From: Clostridia bacterium
GTDB taxonomy: Bacteria; Bacillota; Clostridia; Christensenellales; CAG-314
DNA: 47,752 nucleotides
NCBI GenBank assembly: GCA_017629595.1
Contig: JAGBWW010000068.1
Coordinates: 1-47,752 of the forward strand
Direction: 5' to 3'
In this document: positions 19,063 through 27,198 of the stretch, piece by piece
Numbering within the stretch: position 1 is the first letter of the stretch
Layout: each line of letters starts with the position of its first letter
The notes under the pieces: model-generated
The model's database searches: none
What the model saw: only the letters and a program-made list of their open reading frames with translations
What the model was told of the DNA's origin: nothing
Translations under genes and position numbers: made by a program

Positions 19063-21618
19063 ATGCAAAAATTGGCAACAGCAAAAGAGCTATTTGAAAA
19101 ACTTGATCAAATTTTTTCTGCAAAGTGGGACAAACAAAAGAAACTGTCTTTGTTTGCCACCGAAAAAGCACTTAACAAAGTGTGTTTGACCTCTCCCAAG
19201 ACGGAAAGACAACTCCGACTTTTTCATGAGTTTGACAACTTTGCATATTTGTTTGAAAGGGTGTTGTCTATTACAAAAAACAAACCGTTGCTCCCTGCCG
19301 ACAAAAAACAAACAAGGTTGGAAAAAATATGTCAAACCATTGCAACGTGTACGGCGTTTTGTTTGTCAAGTGAGCAATATCAACAAATAAAACTGCATTG
19401 TACCAACAGAAATCTGCTTACTCAAAAAGAAGTGGGTTTATTTGACACGGTATATGCTTTGGAGAAGTGCAATTATTATGCGCAAAGTTACTTTGACCAA
19501 AGAAACGTTGCAAAGTTGCTTTCGGGGCTTTTGCCATCACAGGCGCAAAAAAATACTCACTACACAAAGTGCGATTTTGTTTTTGACAACGTCGCATATG
19601 GGGTGGATTGTTTGGGCGAAAGTGCCGTTTTTTCAAAAGGTGAACACTTTTTGGGATTGTCGCAAAAGGTTTTTTTGAAAAAGAAAAACGTTTTGGATAC
19701 TTTTGATGCCGTTTGTTTTGGCAAAAATACTGCAACATTTGTTGCCGAAAACGAAAATCTTTCGTGTCAAGTGCAAAGAGTTTTTCAAAACGGAGATTTT
19801 CACAACCTATCCTTTCAACCAAAGAAAGACGGCGAATACGAATTTGTGTTGAATTTGTCTTTGCCCAAACATGGTGTTGTTTCTCATTTTATTTTGCATG
19901 ACGCACACTGTTTTTGCATACAGCAAAAGTCGGCAACTCGTTACGTTGGCGTGATGCTTCTCAAAGAAAATGCTCAGCCGTCTGCAAACGTTTTGCAACA
20001 AAGATACGTTTGTGATGCTCGTATTTGCCACAAAACGACGTTGGCAAAGGACAGAAAATACTCATTTTCGTGGGCCGTGGTGTATGCTGATGACGTTGGT
20101 CTTTTGGGCGAAAAACTTGCTGACGCCACTCGATTTGGCGCAACAAAACTTTGGCAAGGTTTTGACACGTTGGCAAAAGCCAAAGAGTTTGTGTATTTGC
20201 CAATTTCCAAATACAACTGCTCGTCACTTAAAGAAATCGTTTTGCCCGAAGCACAACGAAAGTTTGATTTCCGTTTGGGCGAAGGCAATTTGGCGTTGCT
20301 CGTAGATAGCAAAAAAGGAATAGCGCCCCTTTTAGACGGATTTGTTTTTGGTACAGGGGGAGTAAATTTGATTTTTGTGGACAACTTTGGCAACGTTGCA
20401 AACCTTTTGACTTCTGCTCAAAAGGTGCAAGATAACTTTGCCTTTTACAGTCAAAGTGGTGTTGAGGTGGAAATTGCTTGTCAAAATTCAATCACTATGG
20501 ATGCAAAATCCGCAAAAAACGGCAAACTTTTGTTTTTTGTAAAATTTGAAAGGCTTTCCAAAGTAAAAATGGAAAATAACGTTTTTTACGTCAACGATGG
20601 CAAACGAAAGTACACTATAAAAATAGACGGCAAAATATTTGGTTTTACCACCAATTTGTTGGAGTGTTCCATAAACAAAATGCGTTTGAAAATGTCGCAA
20701 AATATTGAAGCGGGGCAAGGATTGTGTTTGTGCTTGTCAAAGGAGGCAACCATCACTTTGCAAAACCAAGCAAGCACACCCTTTGCCGTTGCCACGCCGT
20801 TATTGAAAGAAAGCGTTTTGTCCACTTGCTTAAACTATCTAAACGACAAAAATGCTTTTGAATTGCATCATCAACTTAAAAAACCCGACGCATTGACTTT
20901 GTCTGCCATTTGCTTTACAAACCAAGATTTTGTGTATAATTACGTAAAAAAACACTTTACTCAAAATTACGTTGACACGTTTGAAAGTGCTTATTACAAC
21001 AGCGTAGGACAATTGTCTTACACACAAGATAAAATGTTGTTGCCCCTTTCTGCAATTTACTACACAATGCTTTCAGGGGATAAAAGTTTGTGGACGCCTG
21101 CTTTTGAAAGTTTTTGCAAAAATCTATTTTTCTTTTGTGACGAACAAGGGCAAAACCTTTGTGTAAAAGCGTTGGCGTTGAAAAAATATACCGAAATTTT
21201 TTCCAAAGACAAGGTGCGTGTTTTGTCGTTGTATGCGCAAATAAAAGAGCGTATTTCTTTGGACAAGGCTTTGTACCATTTTGCACAAGCGATTGGGGCT
21301 GTTCCTTTGGAAAATCCTACCAAAGAAAACCTTAAATCATTGTTTTTGCAATACAACGCAAAAGGGAGTTTTTATTACGTTTCGCAGTTGGAAAATCTTT
21401 ATGGTTTTTCTTTGGTATGCGACAAACTATCCTTTATGCCACAAAGTCAGGATTTTCAACCGGAAAGTTTGTCTCTTGTATATAAAGGCAAAAAATTCGT
21501 CACTGAATTTAATAAAGGCGAAAACAACAAAATGGTGCTAAACGGAATAACCTATTTCCAAGGTCTTGATGCAAGTCAAGTCAAAAAAGCAAACAACTAT
21601 CTCACGGTACAATACTGA
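19063..21618 (+). CDS. Large hypothetical protein (851 aa), no motif I can assign
   Basis: Uninterrupted ORF. GAGGTG RBS 7 nt upstream of the ATG at 19063 (the track starts at GTG 19060). No TM segments, signal peptide or recognisable catalytic motif. Its codon usage differs from its neighbours, with many TTA/CTA/TCA codons. Confidence 0.7.
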   Translation: MQKLATAKELFEKLDQIFSAKWDKQKKLSLFATEKALNKVCLTSPKTERQLRLFHEFDNFAYLFERVLSITKNKPLLPADKKQTRLEKICQTIATCTAFCLSSEQYQQIKLHCTNRNLLTQKEVGLFDTVYALEKCNYYAQSYFDQRNVAKLLSGLLPSQAQKNTHYTKCDFVFDNVAYGVDCLGESAVFSKGEHFLGLSQKVFLKKKNVLDTFDAVCFGKNTATFVAENENLSCQVQRVFQNGDFHNLSFQPKKDGEYEFVLNLSLPKHGVVSHFILHDAHCFCIQQKSATRYVGVMLLKENAQPSANVLQQRYVCDARICHKTTLAKDRKYSFSWAVVYADDVGLLGEKLADATRFGATKLWQGFDTLAKAKEFVYLPISKYNCSSLKEIVLPEAQRKFDFRLGEGNLALLVDSKKGIAPLLDGFVFGTGGVNLIFVDNFGNVANLLTSAQKVQDNFAFYSQSGVEVEIACQNSITMDAKSAKNGKLLFFVKFERLSKVKMENNVFYVNDGKRKYTIKIDGKIFGFTTNLLECSINKMRLKMSQNIEAGQGLCLCLSKEATITLQNQASTPFAVATPLLKESVLSTCLNYLNDKNAFELHHQLKKPDALTLSAICFTNQDFVYNYVKKHFTQNYVDTFESAYYNSVGQLSYTQDKMLLPLSAIYYTMLSGDKSLWTPAFESFCKNLFFFCDEQGQNLCVKALALKKYTEIFSKDKVRVLSLYAQIKERISLDKALYHFAQAIGAVPLENPTKENLKSLFLQYNAKGSFYYVSQLENLYGFSLVCDKLSFMPQSQDFQPESLSLVYKGKKFVTEFNKGENNKMVLNGITYFQGLDASQVKKANNYLTVQY

Positions 21619-21698
21619 TTGTTTAATTGGAATAAAAACAATATCTACAAAAAAGAACGGCCTTTAGAGCTTCACTCTAAAGGACAGTTTAAAAATAT

Positions 21699-21730
21699 GG
21701 CATACCTCTTTCGAGATATGCCGTATTTTT
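21699..21730 (+). terminator. Intrinsic terminator after the 851-aa gene
   Basis: GGCATACCTC (21699-21708) pairs with GAGATATGCC (21713-21722) with 1 mismatch, followed by GTATTTTT. Preceded by a second 9-bp hairpin at 21661-21683 that has no U-tract. Confidence 0.7.
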
Positions 21731-21788
21731 GCATTTATGTCCACAAGTGCAGTGCTTGTCAGAAAAATTGACAATACATAGATGAACG

Positions 21789-21820
21789 TAAAAAAGCCTC
21801 CCTTTAAACAAGGGAGGCTT
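21789..21820 (-). terminator. Intrinsic terminator of the Nudix gene
   Basis: AAGCCTCCCTT (21794-21804) pairs with AAGGGAGGCTT (21810-21820). The U-tract is on the minus strand only (A-run 21789-21795 on +). Confidence 0.85.
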
Positions 21821-21832
21821 GGCATTAAGCGA

Positions 21833-22282
21833 TTATTTATCGTGTTGTTTTGATAAAATGCAATTCAATTCATATAAAGCAGTCTTGTTGGAATCCCATT
21901 GCAATCTTTCTCTTGCTTCTTTGTATGGGAGCCAAACAAGTTCCGTATGTTCATCAGATAAAATAAGCTCGTCGGTACATTCAAAGCCGAATGAATATTC
22001 GGGGATGACATACATATCATCAGACCAACCATAAAAATGTCTGAGAGGGAATATCTCAACGGGAATGTGGCACATTGACTTTAGTGAAATAATATGATCT
22101 ATAGCAACACCGCCTTCTTCCATAATTTCTCTTTTTGCCGTCTCTTCTGGATTTTCTTTATCTTCGCCACCTCCGGCGATAAATTGCCACTGGTCATAAT
22201 CTGAACGATGTAAAACACAATATATAGGCGTTTCGTTTTTATATTTATATGGGATTGCAAGTATTTGAAATGGCGCTCTCAT
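21833..22282 (-). CDS. NUDIX hydrolase
   Basis: 149 aa. Complete Nudix box GGGEDKENPEETAKREIMEEGGV (Gx5Ex7REUxEExGU). GGAG RBS. Confidence 0.9.
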   Translation of the reverse strand: MRAPFQILAIPYKYKNETPIYCVLHRSDYDQWQFIAGGGEDKENPEETAKREIMEEGGVAIDHIISLKSMCHIPVEIFPLRHFYGWSDDMYVIPEYSFGFECTDELILSDEHTELVWLPYKEARERLQWDSNKTALYELNCILSKQHDK

Positions 22283-22602
22283 AACAATCTCCTTTATTAC
22301 AAGTTACAAATGAACATCAAACAATTTCTATACACCTATTATAGCAAAAAATCGCAGAAAATCAATCTGCGGTTTCTATGTTTTCATTTTCTTTGTTATG
22401 ACCAATAGAAAACTTGTGTTTCTTTCCTGTCGGCAACTAACGAACACCCAAAACGGTTCTTAAGGGTACGCTCCATTTTGTCCGTTCTTTTTGTTTAGCT
22501 AAAAAATCCACCTGCAAGGACAAGTGTAGAAAAAGGGTGTGCACAAAATTTTTATCAAACTAAATAGTGTAAAAAATGTTTTGGGAAAAGGGCAAAAGCA
22601 AG

Positions 22603-22631
22603 TTGCCATTTTGAATTAATATGTTTATAAT
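22603..22631 (+). promoter_or_regulatory. Sigma-A promoter abutting the start codon (leaderless-mRNA geometry)
   Basis: TTGCCA 22603-22608, 17-nt spacer, TATAAT 22626-22631. The ATG at 22640 lies only 8 nt after the -10 element, and no SD sequence is present. Confidence 0.5.
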
Positions 22632-22639
22632 TATACGGT

Positions 22640-23374
22640 ATGGAATTTGTAAAGATTGGCATTTTTTCAGACGTTCATGGCAACTTGGAAGCACTCAAAA
22701 AGGTTTTTCATGTTTTTGAAAGTCAAGGTTGCAGTGAAATTTTTAATCTTGGGGACACTGTCAGTTTGGGTGGTTACTCAAAAGAGTGTTTGGAATTTGT
22801 CTTGTCCAAAACCAATTGTGTAAACCTTTTGGGCAATCACGACAAAGATTATTTGGACAATACTTACGAGCAAAAGCAATATTCTCACACGACAACAGGG
22901 CACAAAAAGGCAGTTTTTGCTCAACTTGGCGAAAGCTACCGCAAATATGTAAAAGAATTTCCTTTGTACGTGGAAAAAGAATACTTTGGCTTGAAGGTGG
23001 CCTTTATGCATTATGCTTTGACGGGCAACCCCGACTGGCCTTTCCAATTTTTGCAAGTGGCACCAACAGACGAAAAATTTGACGAAATGTTTTCTTTTTG
23101 TCAAAGCGACTTGATTTTCTTTGGTCACAAGCATGAATTGTGCAATTTGGTTGGCAAAACCAACAAAATGTATTGTGACGTAGGAAGTGCAGGTTGTCAT
23201 CCCAGAAACACGGCAGAGTGTGTCGTGCTTACAATTTACGAGGACAAAAGTTATTGCCTTTCGCGCATTGCCACGCCTTACAATCGTTTTGATACTTTAC
23301 AAAAAATGCACAGTTTAGATATGCCCGATTCACAGTATATTTTTGATTTTTATTATGATCGCAAAGACGTTTAA
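22640..23374 (+). CDS. Metallophosphoesterase (calcineurin-like, YfcE/MJ0936-like)
   Basis: 244 aa. Motifs SDVHGN, GDTVSLG, GNHD and GHKH in the canonical order. Confidence 0.85.
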   Translation: MEFVKIGIFSDVHGNLEALKKVFHVFESQGCSEIFNLGDTVSLGGYSKECLEFVLSKTNCVNLLGNHDKDYLDNTYEQKQYSHTTTGHKKAVFAQLGESYRKYVKEFPLYVEKEYFGLKVAFMHYALTGNPDWPFQFLQVAPTDEKFDEMFSFCQSDLIFFGHKHELCNLVGKTNKMYCDVGSAGCHPRNTAECVVLTIYEDKSYCLSRIATPYNRFDTLQKMHSLDMPDSQYIFDFYYDRKDV

Positions 23375-23402
23375 CCAAAGCAACACGTAGGGGAGGAAAA
23401 AG

Positions 23403-24890
23403 ATGAAAATTGGTTTTGACAGCGACAAATATAAATTGTTGCAATCGCAAAAAATTGAAGAGCGCATTGAGTATTTTGGTGGCAAACTCTATTTGGAGTT
23501 TGGTGGCAAATTGCTTGACGACTTTCATGCAAGCCGAGTTTTACCCGGTTTTTTGCCTGACAGCAAAATTCAAATGTTGGCACACTTGAAAGATTCTGCC
23601 GAAATCGTCGTTGTCGTCAGCGCAAAAGATATCACGGCAAACAAGCTTAGAAGCGACCTTGGAATTACCTATCAAGAAGACGTTTTGCGTATCATTGACC
23701 TTGTTCAAGGTTATGGATTGTACGTATCAGGCGTCGTCATTTCCCACTTCCAACCGGACAATGAACAAGTGCAACACTACATCAAACGTCTTACAAAATT
23801 GGGTATGCCTGTTTACAAACACTATTACATCAAAGGCTATCCCACCGACGTTGAAAAAATTGTTTCGGAAGAAGGCTATGGCAAAAACGATTACATCAAG
23901 ACGACTCGTCCCTTGGTGGTTGTTACAGCCCCCGGTCCCGGTTCGGGCAAAATGGCAACTTGCTTGTCGCAACTTTATCACGATTACAAAAAAGGTATCA
24001 AAGCCGGTTATGCAAAGTTCGAAACCTTCCCCATTTGGAACTTGCCCCTCAACCATTTGGTAAACGTAGCATACGAAGCGGCAACGGCCGACTTGAAAGA
24101 CGTAAACATCATTGACCCTTGGCACTATCAAGCCTATGGCAAAACGGCAATCAACTACAATCGTGACGTGGAAATTTTCCCTGTCTTAAACCATTTGTTC
24201 AAACAACTTATGGGTGGCGAATCCCCTTACAAATCGCCCACCGATATGGGTGTAAATATGGTTGGTTTTTGCATCAGTGACGACCAAGCATGTCAAGAGG
24301 CCGCCCGACACGAAATCGTAAGACGCTACTACAAGGCGGTGGTGGCTCAAAGACGTGGAGCAGACAACGAAGGCGAATTGGAAAAAATCAATTTGATTAT
24401 GCACAATTTCTCCATTGACAAACACGATTTGCCCGTTGCTCGTGTTGCAAACCAATATCGTGAAAAAAACGGTGTGTCGGCAGCAGCAATTGAACTTGCC
24501 GACGGAACAATTGTCACAGGTAAAAAATCCGACCTTATTGGTTGTGCATCGGCAGTACTTCTCAACGCGTTAAAGACGTTGGCAGGCGTGAACGATTCGG
24601 TAAAACTTATTCCCCACTCGTCCTTTGAACCTATTCAAAATCTCAAAACGCAATATTTAGGAAGTTTCAACCCTCGCCTTCACACGGACGAATGTCTTAT
24701 TGCCCTTTCCATTACGGCATTGACCGACCCCGTTGCACAAAAAGTAATTCAACAATTGCCAAAGCTTAAAGGTTGCCAAGTGCATACCACCGACATTTTG
24801 TCCCCCGTTGACGAAAAGGTATTTAGAAAGTTGGGAATGTACTTAACAAGCGAACCTACTTACAGCACTAAAAAACTTTTCCACAATTAA
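23403..24890 (+). CDS. DUF1846 / UPF0371 family protein
   Basis: 495 aa. The N-terminus KLYLEFGGKLLDDFHASRVLPGF matches the streptococcal UPF0371 family signature. GGGGAGG RBS. Confidence 0.85.
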   Translation: MKIGFDSDKYKLLQSQKIEERIEYFGGKLYLEFGGKLLDDFHASRVLPGFLPDSKIQMLAHLKDSAEIVVVVSAKDITANKLRSDLGITYQEDVLRIIDLVQGYGLYVSGVVISHFQPDNEQVQHYIKRLTKLGMPVYKHYYIKGYPTDVEKIVSEEGYGKNDYIKTTRPLVVVTAPGPGSGKMATCLSQLYHDYKKGIKAGYAKFETFPIWNLPLNHLVNVAYEAATADLKDVNIIDPWHYQAYGKTAINYNRDVEIFPVLNHLFKQLMGGESPYKSPTDMGVNMVGFCISDDQACQEAARHEIVRRYYKAVVAQRRGADNEGELEKINLIMHNFSIDKHDLPVARVANQYREKNGVSAAAIELADGTIVTGKKSDLIGCASAVLLNALKTLAGVNDSVKLIPHSSFEPIQNLKTQYLGSFNPRLHTDECLIALSITALTDPVAQKVIQQLPKLKGCQVHTTDILSPVDEKVFRKLGMYLTSEPTYSTKKLFHN

Positions 24891-24910
24891 AAAGAGTAAA
24901 TTGAAACACA

Positions 24911-24946
24911 ACAAGAGCAAAAGAAATTTTGCTCTTGTTTTTTTTG
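24911..24946 (+). terminator. Intrinsic terminator
   Basis: ACAAGAGCAAAA (24911-24922) pairs with TTTTGCTCTTGT (24927-24938): 12-bp stem, GAAA loop, T8. Confidence 0.9.
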
Positions 24947-25015
24947 TGTCAACTTTCAAGCTTTGCAAAAAGAACGTTTAAATTGCAAATATTTACAAAA
25001 AAGTAAACAAGGTTG

Positions 25016-25044
25016 TTGACAAGTTCATTAAAGCAGTTTATACT
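25016..25044 (+). promoter_or_regulatory. Sigma-A promoter of the ABC importer operon
   Basis: TTGACA 25016-25021, 17-nt spacer, TATACT 25039-25044. Confidence 0.7.
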
Positions 25045-25082
25045 ACACTTACTAAACCCGTTACGGGTTAGGAAGGTTAGCT

Positions 25083-25154
25083 ATGAAAACAAATATGGTC
25101 AAATTCGCATTTGCATCTTACTACTATTTTTATTACAGCTTTATTTCGTTGTAA
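25083..25154 (+). CDS. Candidate regulatory leader peptide, 23 aa, Tyr/Phe-rich (MKTNMVKFAFASYYYFYYSFISL)
   Basis: GGAAGG SD at 25071-25076, 6 nt upstream of the ATG. 5 Tyr and 4 Phe in 23 codons, including the run YYYFYY (25119-25136). Embedded in mutually exclusive RNA pairings (see findings). Confidence 0.55.
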   Translation: MKTNMVKFAFASYYYFYYSFISL

Positions 25155-25202
25155 TATGTCTTTGTTGTAGTAAATTTGTTTTCAATTTTAGTTAAATCAA
25201 CG

Positions 25203-25236
25203 TACCGCAACAAAAAGAGTGTTGTGGTATTTTTTT
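25203..25236 (+). terminator. Leader (attenuator) intrinsic terminator upstream of the importer genes
   Basis: TACCGCAACA (25203-25212) pairs with TGTTGTGGTA (25220-25229): 10 bp with one G-U pair, 7-nt loop, T7 run at 25230-25236. Lies 43 nt upstream of the ATG at 25279. Confidence 0.75.
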
Positions 25237-25278
25237 ATTTCAACCTCTTTTTGAAAAAGAGTTTTGGAGGAAAGAATT

Positions 25279-26259
25279 ATGAAAAAATTGTTAGCAGTTA
25301 TTTTGGCAGTAGTTTTGGCTTTGTCCGTAACAACGTTGGTGGCATGTCAACCAACGGCAGATATCAACGTCGGCATTTTGCAAGTTGCCACGCACACAGC
25401 ATTGGACGGCGCAAGACAAGGCTTCAAAGAAGTTGTTCAAGCTTGGGCAGATGAAGTCGGAAAGACGGTTGCCTTCCACGAACAAAATGCAAACGGCGAT
25501 CCCAACAATGAAACTACTTTGGCACAAACGCTCGTTGCACAAAATCACGATCTTTTGTTGGGCATTGCAACGTCTTCTGCACAAGCATTGTACAGCAACA
25601 CGCAAAGCATTCCCGTTTTGTACACGGCAGTTACCAACCCTGCAGTTGACTTGGCAGGTTTGGGCACAATTCAAGGTGTAAGTGATATGAACCCCGTTGC
25701 ACAACAAATTCAATTGGTAAAAACCGTTGTTGAAGCAATGCACCCCGAAAAAGAAACAATCAAATTGGCATTTGTTTTTAACGGCAGTGAAACAAACTCT
25801 CTTGAACAAGTAAACCTTGCAAAGGCAGAATGTGCTCGTTTGGGTGGTTTTACCACGGTTGACGTTACGGCAAGTTCTTCCAACGATATTGCAACGGCAT
25901 TGGCAAGCAATCAAATGCAAGCCGTAGATTGCATTTACGTTCCCACAGACAACTTGATGGCAGAAAATATGAACATCATTTACGCATACTCCACACCCAA
26001 CAATATTCCCGTGATTTGTGGCGAATCCGGTATGTGTGATGCTGGCGAAGGTACGGCAACGTTTGGTATTGACTACTATTTGTTGGGTCAACAAGTAGGC
26101 GAAATGGCAATTGAAATTTTGGAAGGCAAAACCTTGGACAATCCTAACCAATTTTACACTCGTCAATGTGAATTTTTCATCAATGAAGAAAATGCACTTG
26201 CAATGGGTATGACACAAACACAAATTGACCAAATCAAAGACGCATTTCAAGGGGAATAA
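25279..26259 (+). CDS. ABC importer substrate-binding lipoprotein (COG2984/ABC_sub_bind; putative Trp/Tyr TrpX-type)
   Basis: ATG at 25279 behind GGAGG. Signal peptide with lipobox LVAC. VGILQVATHTALDGARQGF is the family signature. Confidence 0.85.
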   Translation: MKKLLAVILAVVLALSVTTLVACQPTADINVGILQVATHTALDGARQGFKEVVQAWADEVGKTVAFHEQNANGDPNNETTLAQTLVAQNHDLLLGIATSSAQALYSNTQSIPVLYTAVTNPAVDLAGLGTIQGVSDMNPVAQQIQLVKTVVEAMHPEKETIKLAFVFNGSETNSLEQVNLAKAECARLGGFTTVDVTASSSNDIATALASNQMQAVDCIYVPTDNLMAENMNIIYAYSTPNNIPVICGESGMCDAGEGTATFGIDYYLLGQQVGEMAIEILEGKTLDNPNQFYTRQCEFFINEENALAMGMTQTQIDQIKDAFQGE

Positions 26260-26265
26260 TTTTTT

Positions 26266-27198
26266 ATGGCACAATTTCTAAATGCATCGGTCGGTGGCAT
26301 TTCGCTCGGTCTTATTTGGGGCGTGCTTGCCGTCGGCGTATATTTGACCTATCGCATATTGGACTTTGCCGACCTTACCGTTGACAGTTCTTTGGCAACG
26401 GGTGGTGTTGTTACTGCGGTGCTTATTGCAAACGGTTGCACACCAATTTTGGCTTTGTTGGCATCATGTCTTGCAGGTTCTTGTGCAGGACTTATTACGG
26501 CATTGCTCAACACAAAACTCAAAATTCCTGCAATTTTGGCGGGTATTTTGACAATGTCGGCACTTTATTCCATCAATTTGAAAATACTTGGCAACCGTGC
26601 CAACGTATCTTTCTTTGGCAAACCCACAATCAACGGCTATTGGGCAGACCTTTTCAACTTGTCTTTGATTGACGACAAAAACGTACTTAGCATCATCACC
26701 TGCGTGATTGTTTGCAGTGCAGTAGTCGGTTTTTTGTATTGGTTTTTCGGTACGGAATTTGGTTGCTCGGTACGTGCAACAGGTTTCAACAGTACGATGG
26801 CAAAAGCACAAGGTATCAACACCGATTTGACCAAAATCGTTTGCCTTATGATAAGCAACGGCTTGGCAGGTTTGGCAGGTGGCTTGTTGGCACAACACAA
26901 CCAAAGTGGTGACGTCAATATGGGTACAGGCACCATCGTCATTGGCTTGGCATCGGTAATTTTGGCAGAAACGGTAATTCGTGATAGATTTTCTTTCTGG
27001 CTTAAACTTGCATTGGTTGTTTTGGGAAGCGTTGCCTATCGTTTGATTTTCACCTTTGCAGTTCAAATGGGCATGCACACAAACGACCTAAAACTTGTTG
27101 CCACGGCAATCATCGTAATTGCTTTGACGGTACCTTTGATTAAGAAAAAAATTGCACACAAAAAATTGAAAGGAGGTTTGAACAATGTTAAAAATTGA
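26266..27198 (+). CDS. ABC importer permease (COG4120, TrpY-type)
   Basis: 310 aa, about 8-9 TM segments, directly downstream of the binding protein. Confidence 0.85.
   Translation: MAQFLNASVGGISLGLIWGVLAVGVYLTYRILDFADLTVDSSLATGGVVTAVLIANGCTPILALLASCLAGSCAGLITALLNTKLKIPAILAGILTMSALYSINLKILGNRANVSFFGKPTINGYWADLFNLSLIDDKNVLSIITCVIVCSAVVGFLYWFFGTEFGCSVRATGFNSTMAKAQGINTDLTKIVCLMISNGLAGLAGGLLAQHNQSGDVNMGTGTIVIGLASVILAETVIRDRFSFWLKLALVVLGSVAYRLIFTFAVQMGMHTNDLKLVATAIIVIALTVPLIKKKIAHKKLKGGLNNVKN

Noticed and set aside
22283-22639. Possible tRNA, sRNA, IS remnant or pseudogene in the 357-bp spacer
   Set aside because: No cloverleaf-compatible sequence or T-loop (GGTTCGAATCC-like). No terminal inverted repeats, and no ORF with an RBS; the 32-codon MNIKQF.. 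ORF lacks an SD. Only short hairpins are present. I cannot support any call without a covariance-model or BLAST search.
21833-23374. Nudix plus metallophosphoesterase as a two-gene defence or signalling module
   Set aside because: The genes are divergent, separated by 357 bp, and differ in codon usage. The phosphoesterase is co-oriented with DUF1846 instead. There is no sensor, effector or nuclease partner, so adjacency alone is insufficient.
25013-25195. 60-aa ORF from the track in the importer leader region
   Set aside because: It starts within the -35 hexamer, upstream of the predicted TSS, and has no RBS. Its translation is a hydrophobic AT-rich artefact. The 23-codon ORF in another frame has an SD sequence and a functional rationale.
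25045-25240. T-box riboswitch, as found upstream of streptococcal TrpXYZ-type transporters
   Set aside because: I could not find the conserved T-box sequence (AAnnnGGGUGGnACCGCG) or a UGGN bulge to pair with the tRNA NCCA end. Only GTACCGCA resembles part of it. No Stem I with a specifier loop or GA/K-turn motif is apparent. A covariance-model scan (Rfam RF00230) would settle this.
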